Origin: Dimorphilus gyrociliatus
Lineage: Eukaryota; Animalia; Annelida
Length of the DNA stretch: 64,000 bases
NCBI GenBank assembly: GCA_904063045.1
Contig: CAJFCJ010000032.1
Span: 124,001-188,000, forward strand
Direction: 5' to 3'
The notes under the pieces are model-generated. The model was not told the origin of the DNA, did not search any database, and worked only from the letters and a program-made list of their open reading frames with translations. How positions within the stretch are numbered: position 1 is the stretch's first letter; every line of letters begins with the position of its first letter. The position numbers and the translations under genes are program-made. This document shows, one piece after another, positions 25,801 through 41,226 of this stretch.

Positions 25801-28800
25801 AATTTTAAGCTCTTCTTGGGCTAGTAATAAAAAGGGGGAAAAGCGACGAAATGCTAACACTTTGCTCCTCAGGAGGTCTATTTGGAATAGGACTAATTGA
25901 GATGCTAAACTCACGAGGAGACTTTGGCTTAGGTATTAGGGGCCAGAGTGCAATTTCCTTATTTATTATCCCACATTTTCTTTTTATGTTTACGGGAGTA
26001 AGAAGGAATGAAACTTAACTCTTAACCTTAATTTATATTTTTTAAGATAATGACAATAACATTACAAAATTTTTGCTGCTATTGTTCGCAAGCTAAGGTG
26101 AAAGTACACATAATTATTCTTAACACGTCATCTTTCTACAGGAAATATTATACGAAAGTAAAAACACGTATATGAGTATATACAGTCAAACCACTATAAA
26201 TAGCATTGGCAATCGAGTTTAGGATGCGATCAATGTTTCCTAACAATTTTAGCCTATTCAAACAACCTTACCCTTTTAACGTTCCGTACATGACTTGCTA
26301 TTAACAACTTTACTTTTTCATATCATAATGTACATTTACTATTCTACAATATACATTCTACATTATGCATTATAGCATATTTACGCTCAGTACATAAAGT
26401 AAGACATTGTCCTCAACTCTCTTCTTAAGCTATTATTCAAATGAGGCTTTTTCATCTATCTTCAATCAACTTTTAGGGAAGCAAGAGAGAAAGAGAGGGA
26501 AAGGGAGAGCGAGAGGGAGCGAGCGAGAGATAAAGAGGCAGACAGACAGAGGGGAGGAAGGGAAAGGAAGAAAAAGGCGAGAGAGCTATTCAATATTTCC
26601 ATGAGATGAGATTAAAGCATTTATCATGATGAGACACGAAAACTAAAGGTCAAATTATTTAAACTAGATGAAATTAAGTAGACAAGTTACATAAATTTAG
26701 TTAGAACAAACATTAAATAAACACAAAATGACTAAAATACTTAACTAGACATTGGTGCGAGAGAGCAAACTAAGCCTAACTTGATTATAAACATATTTAA
26801 CTCTTTAAAATAGATTTTTTTAATTATTCAGAATGCCTCGACCCAAGTTGAGGACTACAAATGCCACGATAAATTTGGTCAAGTTGACGCAAAGAGTTTT
26901 CCGGTTCGAGGATGCGTTACCTGTTTTTCGTTCCTATCACCATTGTTCAAGTATCCTGGGATGACGGCCATATTCAACTTTTCTTCAGTCACTCTAGTAA
27001 TAATGACGCAAGACGCCTTAATGTTAAATTAAACAAAAAAAAAACACAGTAACGCACAAAAAGAGTTGAAAAGGAGGAATCTTTGGGCGAAATAAAAACA
27101 AAAAGCTATATATTAATATAACAAAAGAAAAGGGAAACTGATGCTTCATATTTTATAGATATTAATCTAAAAATAGTAAAGTATTATATAAGAAATTTAT
27201 ACGCAAGTTTAAGCAGTAAAGATATAGAGTGGCTTTTTTCCCCCTCAATTATTGCACAGTTGCGTGATTGATCTATCTCGTGCCTTTTGTTTTTGATAGA
27301 TTCATTTTTTTTAGTCTTAAAGTATTATTATATCTATGGAAAAAATTGTATATTTTGTATTAAAAGAATAAGAGAGATCTATTCTAGTAAAAAGGAACTT
27401 TTAACCTAAAGGTTACTTCCGCGAAGAAAATAAATGATTATAACACAAAAAGTGGGGGAGACTAGACAAAAACTTCCAAGAAATATTTAATAATGAAACT
27501 GTTAAGGGAAAAAAAATCATTAGAATTTTCAAGCAATTAACAGAAATTTATTTACTTAATTATTATTTTATGGATAAAACAATCAGTACAATTAACTTTT
27601 AATCTGTTATGATCATTTTTCCTGATTTACCTGCCTAACCCACTTTCTCTCTCTCCCCTTCCCTCCCTCCTGCCCCCGGCAATCTCTCGCTCTCTTATCA
27701 CTCGCTATTTTTGTCTGGTATTTAAGGTTAAGAGTTCTTTTTTTGTTAACAATATCTATTTTCTCGGTAAGTACTAAAAACTATTGAACACAGTTCAATT
27801 ATCGATTGTAAAAGAGAGAATGTTCAGAGAAAACGTGTTCTTCAAAAACCTTTTAATTACCGTCAGATCAATCACATACATTCTTATCGCTTAAAACAGG
27901 AAAAAAAATCAATTTCCAATGTTAATTAAGAAAAAAAACAAGGCTACAACAATTCATTTTCTACAAACAAAAAGAAAAATTCGAGTTTTATTCATTCTCT
28001 TTTTGTTTGTATTTCTATTAAAAATGATTGTTTATAAATAAAACCGTCTTTTCGTAAACACGATGTAGACTAGCTGAGTACATTCATATTATCATAGTTT
28101 CTCCTAAACGTTATATAAATGACGGCTCTTTCAAAGGTATATAAAACTCTGGGCGTCTTATTACTAGAATCCTTATCTTTTGCTGATAAGTAACTCATCC
28201 AAAAGTATTCACCGTCCAAGAGCGGATAACGTCTCAACTATCGATAAAGTGTGCGCGTTTGGTATGAAAAAGGATCACTGTGACAGATGGAAAACTTGCT
28301 GTAGAGATGCTATAAAATGTTGTAAGCTTCAAAGAAAGGCTAAAAACACACCTGACTCGTGTCACGCCATTTGGGATGGATATAAATGCTGGAATCAGCA
28401 GAAAGCTGGCCATCATACTTATCAGCAATGTCCCGATTTCGTGCCCAATATGGTAACTACCAGTAAGTACCTTATCAAATAACAAACCATTACATTGTCT
28501 AGATGAAAAATATACCAACTTCCTGCTAATATCGTCCTCTTTCATTAGTATTTTCTTTACCAAATGGAGTATTTATACACGAAAGGAAAATTAACTAAAA
28601 CGTCATCCATCTGTCTTTGAGTATTAGCCAAAGGTTAAATCGGGTGGATATAGTTAATAACTTTTTAAGTTGTATGAGAAGTTGAAACGAATGTTGGTTT
28701 ACTTTATTCGAGTTTCCACTATAAATCTACATAGTATTTAAAAAATTTACAAACTCTTTAATCTCTTTATAATAAACGATAAGGCAGATGTAGCCGTAGC

Positions 28801-29438
28801 TTAAGGTCAATCAGTAAAAACCTACAGAGGAATGTTAATTAGGTAATTGTCGACAACTCAAGGCAATTATTTCTAATGTATAAATACATTATTTAATAGG
28901 CCTAATCTTATTTATATCATGTTTTTTTTTTCAATCATTAAATTGTAAATATTTTTACTAATAAGCTAAAGTATATAACATAGGATGCTTGTAAGTGTAA
29001 GCGTATAGAGAGACAATTCAAACTTCCGGTTTAGAGGACAGTACCTTTCTTCTTTCTATCTTTTAAAAATTTTTAAAAAGAATGTGAGCTATTGTGTTGC
29101 TTTTTCATATTCTTTTTATTTAAGTGGAATAAGACAAGGCAAAGGGCTAAAAAAAGCTTATGTACTTTACTTGTACGATTGTAGACTATACAGTATAATA
29201 TATTCTCAGTAGCTATTAATAAAAATACACTATACGCTTGCATACTAATACACTTATATAATATATAAGAAATGTATAGTATCATTCTACGATTAATAAG
29301 TATATATAAGCGATACATATTAAAAGTATAACATTTCTTTAGATATGTCTATAAATACAATACCAGGCAATCACTAATTATAGAAAGGTAGTATTTTTTT
29401 ATCGTAGCAAATAGAGAGATTATTTAAAAGTATATATA

Positions 29439-29486
<48 letters not shown>

Positions 29487-32400
29487 TATAGTAGGTCAAG
29501 AAAGTTGTAGCTTAGGCCTCCAATAAATATAGAAATTGTAGATAAAAATACATTTTCTTGGCCATTTAGGAGGAAAGCTTTTCTGCTTTAGAAAGAAAAT
29601 AAACAATTAATAAATAAGCAAAACAATTATCTTGCTCGATTCCCCCCTCCCCTCCCTCTCTCTCTCTCTCTCTCTTTCTAAAAGTACTTATGGAATATTT
29701 ATGCTTAGATACATATTTTTTTAAAACCTTTGAAGTATACTATTTAGTATGTTATCTTTTATTAATAGGCCTGTGTTAAACAATTTTCAATCCCTCTTTG
29801 AATATTCACGCTTTTCGTATCAAATTTTTATCTTAATACTGATTATAAAACTTAGCACTCAATGCAATAAATATTTTCACAGCTAGTCGACAATCTTTTA
29901 GCTTCTATGAATATTAGATAGGCGGCAATTTTCAATAGATTAATAAGTAGGTATTTTATGATTTCTCTCAGGTGCTATTGTTTACACGCTTAATTGACAG
30001 TTGAGCACCTCAAGATGATGACGTAAGTAAAAAAATATAACAAGTCCCGTACACCTTTGAGCGTGCTTAATTATATTTTCATATTGAACGAGACGGGTAG
30101 GTCTATTAGAAAGAGACGCGAAGAAGAGTAAGAAATAAGCATAATAGATAAATAGGTAGATAGATAGCTAAACAAAGAGGAAATAGGAAAAGAAAGGGAG
30201 AAGTGATTTTCGACAGAGAGGGGGAAAAGTTAGCGGCTTTCTGTTGCGAAAGCGTCTGAGTAAAGAGAGAAGAGAATCAACTGATTTCACTTTAGTTCCG
30301 CAAGCTTTCACTTAAGATAAATAGTACATGCGGTAATATATTGTTACATGCACTAGAAACAGGGTCTTTTTTTTTTTAAAAAAAAATGAAAAAAGCTTTC
30401 TCTCCATAATGTTATAAGCTTTCAGAAGCTGTAATTTCTAGTCGGTCACGTGACAAGTTTCTTTAAAAAAATTATCGATTTTTTCGTAAGCCTTTGTAAA
30501 TAGAAAGCAGACTAGTTAAGAAGTGAAGCTAATATGAATATATAAACTATACAGTATATATATATAGACATGTATATGTGTTGTCAATTATGTAATTAAA
30601 AACTTGAAAACTAACAAAGAAGCAGTAAAGGAAAAAGAAAACATTTATTAATCAATGTTCATACATTTTTTAAGAGGAGAGGGGAAGAAAGAGAATAATT
30701 AATGGTGAAATTATTTTTCTTAACGAAACCACAAAAAAGTTTTCTTCTTCCTCTTTTCTACAACTCTTTTCTTTTGTCTCTGCGAACTTATAAGGCAGAA
30801 AGTTTGTTTCCACTTTGTTATAAATAGAAACAATATTATGGAATAAAGAGGGAATAGACAAACCTCTAAAAATAAATAATAAAAAAATAAAAGCTATATT
30901 AGAAAGCAATCTTAATTGCCTTTATTGATGAGTTTTATTTAACCAATTAAAAAACTTCCTTCTTACAGAACGTGCTGAGAAAACCTGTTTGGTAAATGCA
31001 ACTTGGCTAAAGAAAAAAAAACGTCCCTGGACTGATTACACTTCGTGCCTAACTAAGGATGAGACCATCATATCTGGTTACATTAGTTTGGGTGCCAGTA
31101 TTGCCAGTATTGTCTGCCTAGTGCCAGCCATAATTATTTTTTGTATTTACAAGTAAGCAAATTATATCTACCTTTTTATATGTTAAGATGGAACCAAAAG
31201 GTAAATTACTCTTTTTTAACATTCAGAGATTTGAGAAGGCAAGATAGAGTCAAATTACATATTCATTTCTTTGTGTCATTGATTGCTTATTCAACAACTA
31301 ACATCCTGTGGACAACACTTGTTCATTTGGATATGTTACTGAACGAAAGATATTCGGAGACAGCTTTTCAAAGAAATCCGGTAATTAATTAATTAATTAA
31401 GCAATTATTCGAAAAAAGAGCGCGTAACTCCTCAAATTAAAGAAGATGTTGAAAGAGCTTATTTTTTGTTTTTCCTTTTTTTACGTGTCTATTTTTAGGT
31501 TTGGTGCCGTCTTTTGTCCTATTTCAAGATATACTTTATGGCGTGCATATATTTATGGATGTTTTGCGAAGGATATTATCTGCACAGACTCATCACGCAG
31601 GCTTTTGAGCCACCGAAAACACTCCTGCCACTATACTTCATAGGCTGGGGTCAGTATATATATTAGAATATATGTATACTGTATATATACTATCTATCTT
31701 TACTGTATATACAATATATATATATATACAGTGTATATATATATATATATGTATTGAAGAGGTACCAGTTATTAAGCTCTATTTAAAGTATAAATTATTC
31801 ATTGCGTTAAAAATATTTTTCCTCATTCCCACTCAAATTCTAAACTGTCTGCTAGCTGCCTATCTCTAGATAGAGTTAGCTGGCTCTTCGTATTTCGTCT
31901 ATCTTGTTTCTCTTTTTTGTAATCCTTTTTCCTTTCCATTTCTATCTATTTTATTCAGACACTCGCTGACTCGTTCGATCTTACGGTTCATCATCTCCTA
32001 TCTTAGACTTTCACTCGCTCTTTCTCTTTCTCTCTGTCTCATTCTCTTTCTCTTTTCATCTCCAGCCTATTTCCTCTTCTTCTCGCCCTGTCTAAAATTT
32101 CCCTTCGACTATTCCGCTCTACTTATATGCTTCATTTGTTTCCTTTCTCATTATATCTACTTAAAACTATTATATTACAATTTTTATTCTAACAGGATTC
32201 CCAGTTTTCGCGGTAACCGCTTACGCCATCATCCGGGCTGTGTTGGCGAACGAAAGGTACGTTTCCCATTATCTTTTTACTATTTACCGTACAATTAACA
32301 GATAATTTGTCACAGTTGTTGGGCACAAAGTTACGGAAATTATCAATGGATTTATTACGTTCCAAATTTATTGTGTCTAACGGTTCGTTATAAAGACGAC

Positions 32401-33267
32401 AAAATAAAAACATCCCTCATTTTAACCAAAGACAACAACTGTTTTTATATTTCTAAATACTTTTCACAGATTAATCTCATCTTTCTCTGCAATATCCTTA
32501 GAATTCTGCTATTTCAATTGCATTCGCATCCACACGAGCCGTCTAATTTCAGGTAGTGACTTTGATTTTTAAGGAGAAACGTGATATTTAAAGGAAAACA
32601 TTTATTTATTTTTATAGACGAGGATTAAAAGCCGCTTTTATGTTGGTACCTTTATTTGGGCTACAATTTTTTCTAACAATTTATAATCCTCCAAGAGGCG
32701 CAGCAGGAAAAGAGATTTATGAAGGCGTGCACGTTTTCGTCACTAATTCGCAAGTAAACCGAAGCAAAATACTTTCTATGAATGAAATTAGTAGGACATG
32801 CAATGTGTAGGCTGGGACGATATTTCTTATTCTCAGAAACCTAATTAATTCTCTTCTATTTCTTATTATTAACTTTGTTAGCGGCAAACTTTTACTTTTT
32901 CTCTCCTATATCTCTTTAGGATTATTTTTCCCTCAAATGTTTTCTTCTCAATTATCATCAATTATACCCTATAACTCTTTCTCTTCCACTTTTCCCACAG
33001 GGCATTTTCGTCTCCCTTATCTTCTGTTTCTTCAATAGCGAAGTGATGACACACCTAAGAATCTCTTGCCCTTGCTGCAAGGCGCCCAGAAGAGATAGTG
33101 CTTACCAAAATACGCAGATTAGTCATTTTGACTCTAGGCCCAGTATTAATGGAACTGGAAATGGAAATGGAGCCGGTAGTAACCCCAGTATTGAAATGCA
33201 TGAAGTTAAGAATTATGAATTCAAAAATGACCAGTCTAAAAAGCAAATGGGAATTTTAAAGCATTGA
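22701..33267 (+). CDS. Class B (secretin family) GPCR, calcitonin-receptor-like (exons 22701-22760, 26832-26996, 28168-28462, 30969-31152, 31227-31380, 31499-31649, 32196-32256, 32316-32382, 32470-32552, 32618-32753, 33001-33267; 540 aa)
   Basis: Signal-peptide exon MLGFLKILHLFLFLLVWCLL. Hormone-receptor domain motifs C...WDG..CW, CP and WTDYTSC. TM motifs VKLHIHFF, WMFCEGYYLH, GWGFP, LVPLFG and QGIFVSLIFCFFNSEV. The 11 exons join in frame. The choice of first exon is less certain. Confidence 0.9.
29431..29479. repeat. (TA)n microsatellite interrupted by CTG
   Basis: TATATATA-CTG-(TA)n. Confidence 0.9.
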
Positions 33268-33803
33268 AATGTTTACAATTAAAATATATAGTATATACGT
33301 ATTCCCTTGTTTCTTTCTCGATTGGTGTCGTTCTTATGAATTCTCAATTTGGTCGTCTTGCAGAAGAGCAAAACATTTCTATTAACAATCATAAAAAATG
33401 AGACTAAATCATAAAAATGTCTTTAATTCCTTAATGAATATAAAAGGTATATGCATGTACAGTATGTATTACTATATATATATATATATATATTACACCT
33501 ACAAGTTAAGCCCCTTCATACTATATATACATATATTAGTATATATACATGTTTTATTTATATAGAAATTGGAAAATACAAAAGTATTATATTGCAATTT
33601 TTTGATGTACTGTGTACTTTCTTACTATCTTTTTCATTAACTAATATACTCTTTTAATTTTATTAAAAATTAATTCTGACTACTAATATTATAATATTCA
33701 AAGAATCTAATAATCATTAATTAATTAACTGATTAATAAAAAACATTAAAAAAAAAAGACACTAGATGTAGAACGAAAAAAACCATTAACCAATGGGGGA
33801 ACA

Positions 33804-35294
<1,491 letters not shown>

Positions 35295-36727
35295 TGTTCT
35301 CTTTTGTATTGTCTTTATCTTTATAATAAGCACTGTTATAAAAATCTGATTGTTTCAAAGTTATAAGAAACACTGTCTACTATCACTAACGAGAATAATA
35401 ATAGATATATATATATATGCGTATATATGCGGCGAGAAACTGATAACAATTTGCTTATATAGAGGACTTAATTAGAGATAAAAAAAAAACAGTCTAGTTA
35501 ATTGCAGTTGGTAATTTTCCTAAATGACATTTATTTATTCTTGTTGTATTTTATACTCAGCTCAAAATGACCCCTTTTCATGTTATCAATTGCGGTTTAT
35601 ACTATATACTTTTAACACATTTCTGCCAAACACAGCTTCCTGTGGGATTAATAGGAAAACCCTTTTCAAATGTAAATCTTTCTTGCCTAGAGAATAGACG
35701 CTTAACAACTTTATCAACAAATTGGAAGTGCGTATAATTAGATATATTCATCAATTTTGAATTTTCGAATAATGAAAAAAAGATAAGGAATTCAATCAGA
35801 CGAAAAGAGTCGAGAAGGAGGAAAAGAAGAGCGAGAAAGAAGGAAAAATAAGGAGCATTTTTATTTATTTATTAGATTTCCATGATAATTGATCTAATGA
35901 TCAATTTCTGAGCTCTATCACGACTTTCATACATTACTATAGAAAATAGATTAATTTCTTGTAAATAGACTTTAAATAATATTTATGTATCAGAGTTTAG
36001 AACATGATTGAAATAGAGACAGTGGAATAAATATACTGTACACAGAATATACAAAGTAAGACGGGACAAACTAGTGTAGGCGGAAGAAGAAATGGAATAA
36101 TAAAAAAGTAGAGCACAATCTTGAAAACAGCCCACAGTTATTGTCAATATGTAATATTATATATTAAATGTGTATAAATACCCTTATCTTAATTAATTAA
36201 GAAAGAACCGAGAGATGGCAATAGTATCGTGTGTAAAAAATGAGTCGGTGGAAAGCCTATAAGATTAGTAGTTCCAATTGCCGTTTCAATATTTGCTTAT
36301 CACTTCGGTTATTACAATGTGAGCTGGTGGAATAAAATGTATGCTAAGAATCTGATGCTCATAAATAAGAATAGAATGAAATAGAGAAAAAAACGAAGAA
36401 AAGGAAGAGGCAGAAAGCGTAGAGAGTGTTACATCCCTTAGCTCTCTCTCTCTCCCTCGCTCTTTTACACGTATACAGACACACAGGAGACAAAAAGAAG
36501 AGACAAGAATTGGTAATAGAAAGAAAACTACAAGTCATTAAAATATGGACTACTGATCTGAATTTTTATTTTCATTTAGAATTTTCTATACAAAATATAA
36601 TCTCTATAAAAAATGAATATATATTATTTATTAGCCTCTCCAAAACAGCTTTGTATTTTCTGTCTTTCCTATTTATGAACACTTCAATACAATATATAGA
36701 GCTAGATCAGCTAATTAAAATAACTGT

Positions 36728-36757
36728 AGCGCCACCTAGCCAAGTATCTAAGGAAAC
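36728..36757. promoter_or_regulatory. ODF3 promoter: CTCF-like motif (36728-36742, minus) abutting an RFX X-box (36744-36757)
   Basis: TGGCTAGGTGGCGCT (minus strand) and GTATCT-AA-GGAAAC, which fits GTHNYY-NN-RRNAAC. Confidence 0.6.
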
Positions 36758-36769
36758 CGCTTCAGTTCA

Positions 36770-36817
36770 CACACCATCCAAGAGCGCTTGAGTGGTTAAC
36801 TGGTTAATTAAGAACAG
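36770..36817 (+). other. Probable non-coding first exon of ODF3 (5' boundary approximate); intron 36818-37746
   Basis: Strong donor CAG|GTGAGT at 36818 and acceptor TTTTTAAACAG at 37746, 5 nt before the ODF3 ATG. Promoter motifs lie just upstream. Confidence 0.5.
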
Positions 36818-37751
36818 GTGAGTTAAATCTTATTAAAACGAACTTTTCTAACACGTCAGAAGGAAGGAGACAAACTCGCTTGTCAAAGTTGGCAGTTTTT
36901 TTTCCCACGCGTCATTCTCTAACTAGTCGTATCTTATATAAGATTTCAGCAAGGTCAATGTAACTGATATTCGAAAAAAGGCTAATTTGAATTGAATGTT
37001 TAACTATTTACATCATTTTTTGTGCGCTATTAATCAAATGGAAATAGTGTTGGAACGTAATCAGAACAGTTGAAGTCACTTCTAACTGGCTTAGAAAAGC
37101 ATAATTAATAGGTATTAACCAAATATTAGACATCGCATAACATTCAAAAAACCGACATTAATCTCACTCATTCAAAAAGTAGAACTTATTGTTCGTGCAC
37201 TTCGATTTTCTTTTGTCCAACCGAATTGCTTATAGAGAGACGCCTATGAATAGTATAAGCCTACACAGAACGTTGTTTGGTCATGTTTGTTTCTCTTTTT
37301 CATAATTTCCTTTTCATAAGTACAAGTCTACTGGATTATAGATTAATTAAAGATTGGTGTTTTCTCCTTTTTAAATATGGAATGAAGAATAAGAATGAAT
37401 TATATTAATATATTCAAATTGAACATATTAATTTTATCTTTTATTTTCTCTCTTTGTGAATTTATTTGAAGAATTTCAAAATTTTTGGCGGTGATTGACA
37501 CTTTATTCAATAACATAAATTGCTAGGTTAATACGTGGCTAAGGGCCGAATAAATCCGGATTTAAAAAAAAATAAATCAAAGGAAATCACTTAATTCCCG
37601 GCAGTTTATACTTTTTTTCTATTATTTGCTTAAGAATATAATGCTCTTCATACTCTTCACTCCGTAATCTTACTTTGTTTTTGTTTCTTCTCTTAAAAGT
37701 ATTCTTTAGTATTGTAGTTACTATCATTATTTTCATTTTTAAACAGCAAAT

Positions 37752-38679
37752 ATGGGAGGATACGAATACACGAAACCTAGACAACCTATTATGGCTGAAT
37801 ATAATAGCCCAGGTCCTGCAACTTATTCCTTGCCGTCTACCATTGGTTCGCAAAGCCATGATTTTACTAGAGAAAAAAGACCGTCTTGGAAGTTTGGTAT
37901 AAGGCATGGAAAACTGTCTACCAATTCTAGTCCTGGACCTGTTTATTCCTTGCCATCAGAAGTAACTAGAACAGGTAATTATTTACAAGCTCTTTCTTAA
38001 CGACATGTTCCATTATTTGCATGAATAATTTGCAATTGAGATTAATAATTCTACTTAACCAGGAAAGGACGGGGCGCCCTGTTTTACACAGAAGTCTAGA
38101 CCGAAAACACCAAAGACATTTAAAGCGCCTGGAGCGGGCTCTTACTCGCCTGAGAAATCTGGACCTTCGGCTTCACCAAGGGCACCAGCCTACACTATGG
38201 GAAGCAGAACCAAAATGAGAAAGGAGGATAAGAACCCTGCACCCAACAACTATAGCTTACCTTCGCTCTTGGGTAGATCGATCGAAGCTGGAAAGGAACA
38301 AGCTCCAAAATTTAGTTTATATTCTAGACCAAAAATAGGAGGCTTTGATGAAGATCTGCAAAAAACACCTGGACCTGGAAATTATAACGTAACTGATCCC
38401 AATGTTTTTAAGTCTAGAGAGCCGTTATACAGGTACAAAACAATTGAATATCCAATTAAAGGTAATTATTTGCAAAACAATTATCTAAAAAAAAATATCA
38501 AACACAGCATGACAAGCAGACATGTTCCTCCTGGTGATGCAACAAGAAAGCCAGGACCAGGTCAACATTCTCCAGAGAAAGTTATTATTCACAAGAAACA
38601 GGCGCCAGCCTTTTCTTTCGGCATTCACCACAGTCCTTACACAGTTCCTGCAATTTTCGCTGCAGTTGACGAATGTTGA
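37752..38679 (+). CDS. ODF3: Outer dense fiber protein 3 / CIMAP1 (SHIPPO PGP-repeat axonemal protein; exons 37752-37974, 38063-38432, 38508-38679; 254 aa)
   Basis: N-terminal PIMAEYNSPGP matches the ODF3 PIMALYSSPGP motif. Repeated PGPG/PAP-x-Y motifs occur throughout, and the junctions are in frame. Confidence 0.9.
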
Positions 38680-39575
38680 AATAAAGATAAAACTTAAACA
38701 AGAACAAAACAGAACAAAAAGCAAAGTGATATTCATAAAGATGAAGATGGAGAAGAGAATATGTGTGGTTTTCATATATTAATAAACAGTATATGTAACT
38801 TTTATTGTAATATTATTTTTAATTCGTTTAAAGAAGTAAAACTTAGAAAAGAAAAATATTTTTCCTCCTTGAGCACACCAGCTAAAGTATTAAAAAAATA
38901 AGTATTAAAATTCCCTATGGCATTTTTTTATTGTCTGTCTTTTATTGTTTATTTGGTTATTTTTTGTTTATTTCTTCGCTTTGTTCTTTCATTTATTATA
39001 AAAACTATGCGTTAATATATTTCACTTGCTGATAAAATGTTTGGTTTTTGTCTTCCTATCAGTCTATCTGGCTGTCTGTCGGCGTGTCTTTCTCTGTGTG
39101 TGCGTGAACGTCTCTCTCTCTCTCTCTGTCTTTAAAGTAAATATGTTACTTTTAAAGCACTGTGATCATAATACAAAAAAATCTTGCAGATATAATTTAT
39201 TGATGAAATTGGAAATGAAATTTATCGATTAGGTAATCGATTATATCGGAATTTAATTGACGGTTGCGAAGCTCATTATATGGTTAACATTTTAAGAAGT
39301 GATTTTAAGTAGATATTCTTTAATAAAAAGTAAAGTAATAATAGAGATTTATGAAAGAGAAAGAGAGAGAAAGAGGGGGAAGGGGAGAGAGGACAGAGAC
39401 TTTGCGCAAAGGGAATAGACCAACGGCTTTTTTCAATATTATTAAATGATCAATAGGTTTGCTTTAGTATAAAACATAGCTATTCACCTTTCCAATATAC
39501 CAAGGGTGTGTGTAAGAGTGCGCGTGTATATGAGTTATATACCTAACTACTGAGATCTTCCCAAAAAACGACGTT

Positions 39576-41171
39576 ATGTCATACAACTCCAATGGTAAGT
39601 TGTACTTTCTTCCTAATTGTTTTAAAGATATACAACCTATAGTCCGTGAACGTTTTCAATATAATGAATCTATCAATATAAATCTATTCATAGCTGAATT
39701 CTTTCAAGTAAATTTATGATGGTTTCGTTGAAATCGCCATTCTCTTTTATTATTATTATTATCTTGTTAACTATAACTTTAACATCTTTTCCACTTTTAC
39801 TGTCTTGTCTAATTAAAAATAAGGTAACTAAAAGCAAAAAAAAGGCGTAAATACGCCATTAAGTTCTTGTTAACCTTCTTTATCATTTATAAAAGAAAAT
39901 TGAATTATTACACATTTCGTTGTAGTGTTAATTTATTCATAATTAAAGAAACATAGCCGAGTTGATCATTTTTCTAAAATGACTAAAATAAAAAAAGCCT
40001 AAAATGACTTATTCATAGGAAATGGGTGGGTAAAAGAGCCTAGTGGGAAAAGACATTTCGTATCCTTCTGAGAAAAGGCAATACTCGCCCCGTTTCCGGA
40101 TCTTTTCATTTTATACAATTTATCAATTTTCAATGAATTATTTAATACTCAATATTATAATGGTAAACATATTAAATGTATTCTTTAATTATATTCAATT
40201 AATGAATTCAATCGAGTAGTTTGAACAAGGGTGATGTTTTTTGATGATTTTACAAAAAGAAAGGGAGAATCCATCTATTAAATGACATTTTAATACAGTA
40301 TTTAACTTCTTTCTGTTAGTAACGGACATATCTAAGTATAGAAATTCATACAGGGATGTAAAAGAGGGAGGTGGGAAGGCCCTCTCTTACTTTTTTTCTT
40401 TGCAATCTCTCTCAATGACTAAGCAAATCAAAAAAATTTTCATCTATTCCACTCCTATTTTGCTAATAAGCAAAACGGCTATGGAATAAGCATTATTTTC
40501 TCTATACGCCATCTACAGGTGATATATTTTCTTCTGAAAAAACTTATTTTTTTTTCTCTATCATCGTTGCGAAACCTAGATTATATTTTTTTGATAGGCC
40601 CGTCCTAAATTGCCCATACCACTGACAGATATTATAGATTAGCCTTTACATACGATAGTCAAAAGAGTTTTTTGCTTCAATATAATCTTTTCGCGTCAAA
40701 GATAGAATAATACTTAAAACCTGCAAAATGAAAGCGCTTTTAGGCGTCTAATTAATACTTGGAGCTTCTAAAAAGAAAACAATAAATCTGGCAAATTATT
40801 TTGATTGTTGAATGACTAAAACATAAAAAATAATGGTTGTAATTTACATGTAAATATTGATGACAGCTAGAAGATCGTGCGTTAAGTGTTTGACAATTTG
40901 CTGCTGTGGTAGGTAACAGTTTCAAGTAAAAATCCTTTTGAATTAGAAGTCTATACAAAAAATGTATACAGTATAAATAGAATGATAATATATAAAATAA
41001 GTTTGAGAAGAAGGTAAGGAGATAGATTTAGAAACAGAATAAAATAAAGGAATGTATTAATAATAGAGAAAAGTGTGTCTTTTTCAATATTAGTAAATAG
41101 ATACAACGTAATTCTATAAGTATATAATGTTTACTTTGTATAGTAAAACTTAACAAGTTTATTGTTCTGCG

Positions 41172-41226
<55 letters not shown>

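Noticed and set aside
36792-36805. Partial resemblance to miR-34 (GTGGTTAACTGGTT); also a miR-315-like 12-mer near 40799
   Set aside because: The seed or the 3' half does not match and there is no convincing precursor hairpin.
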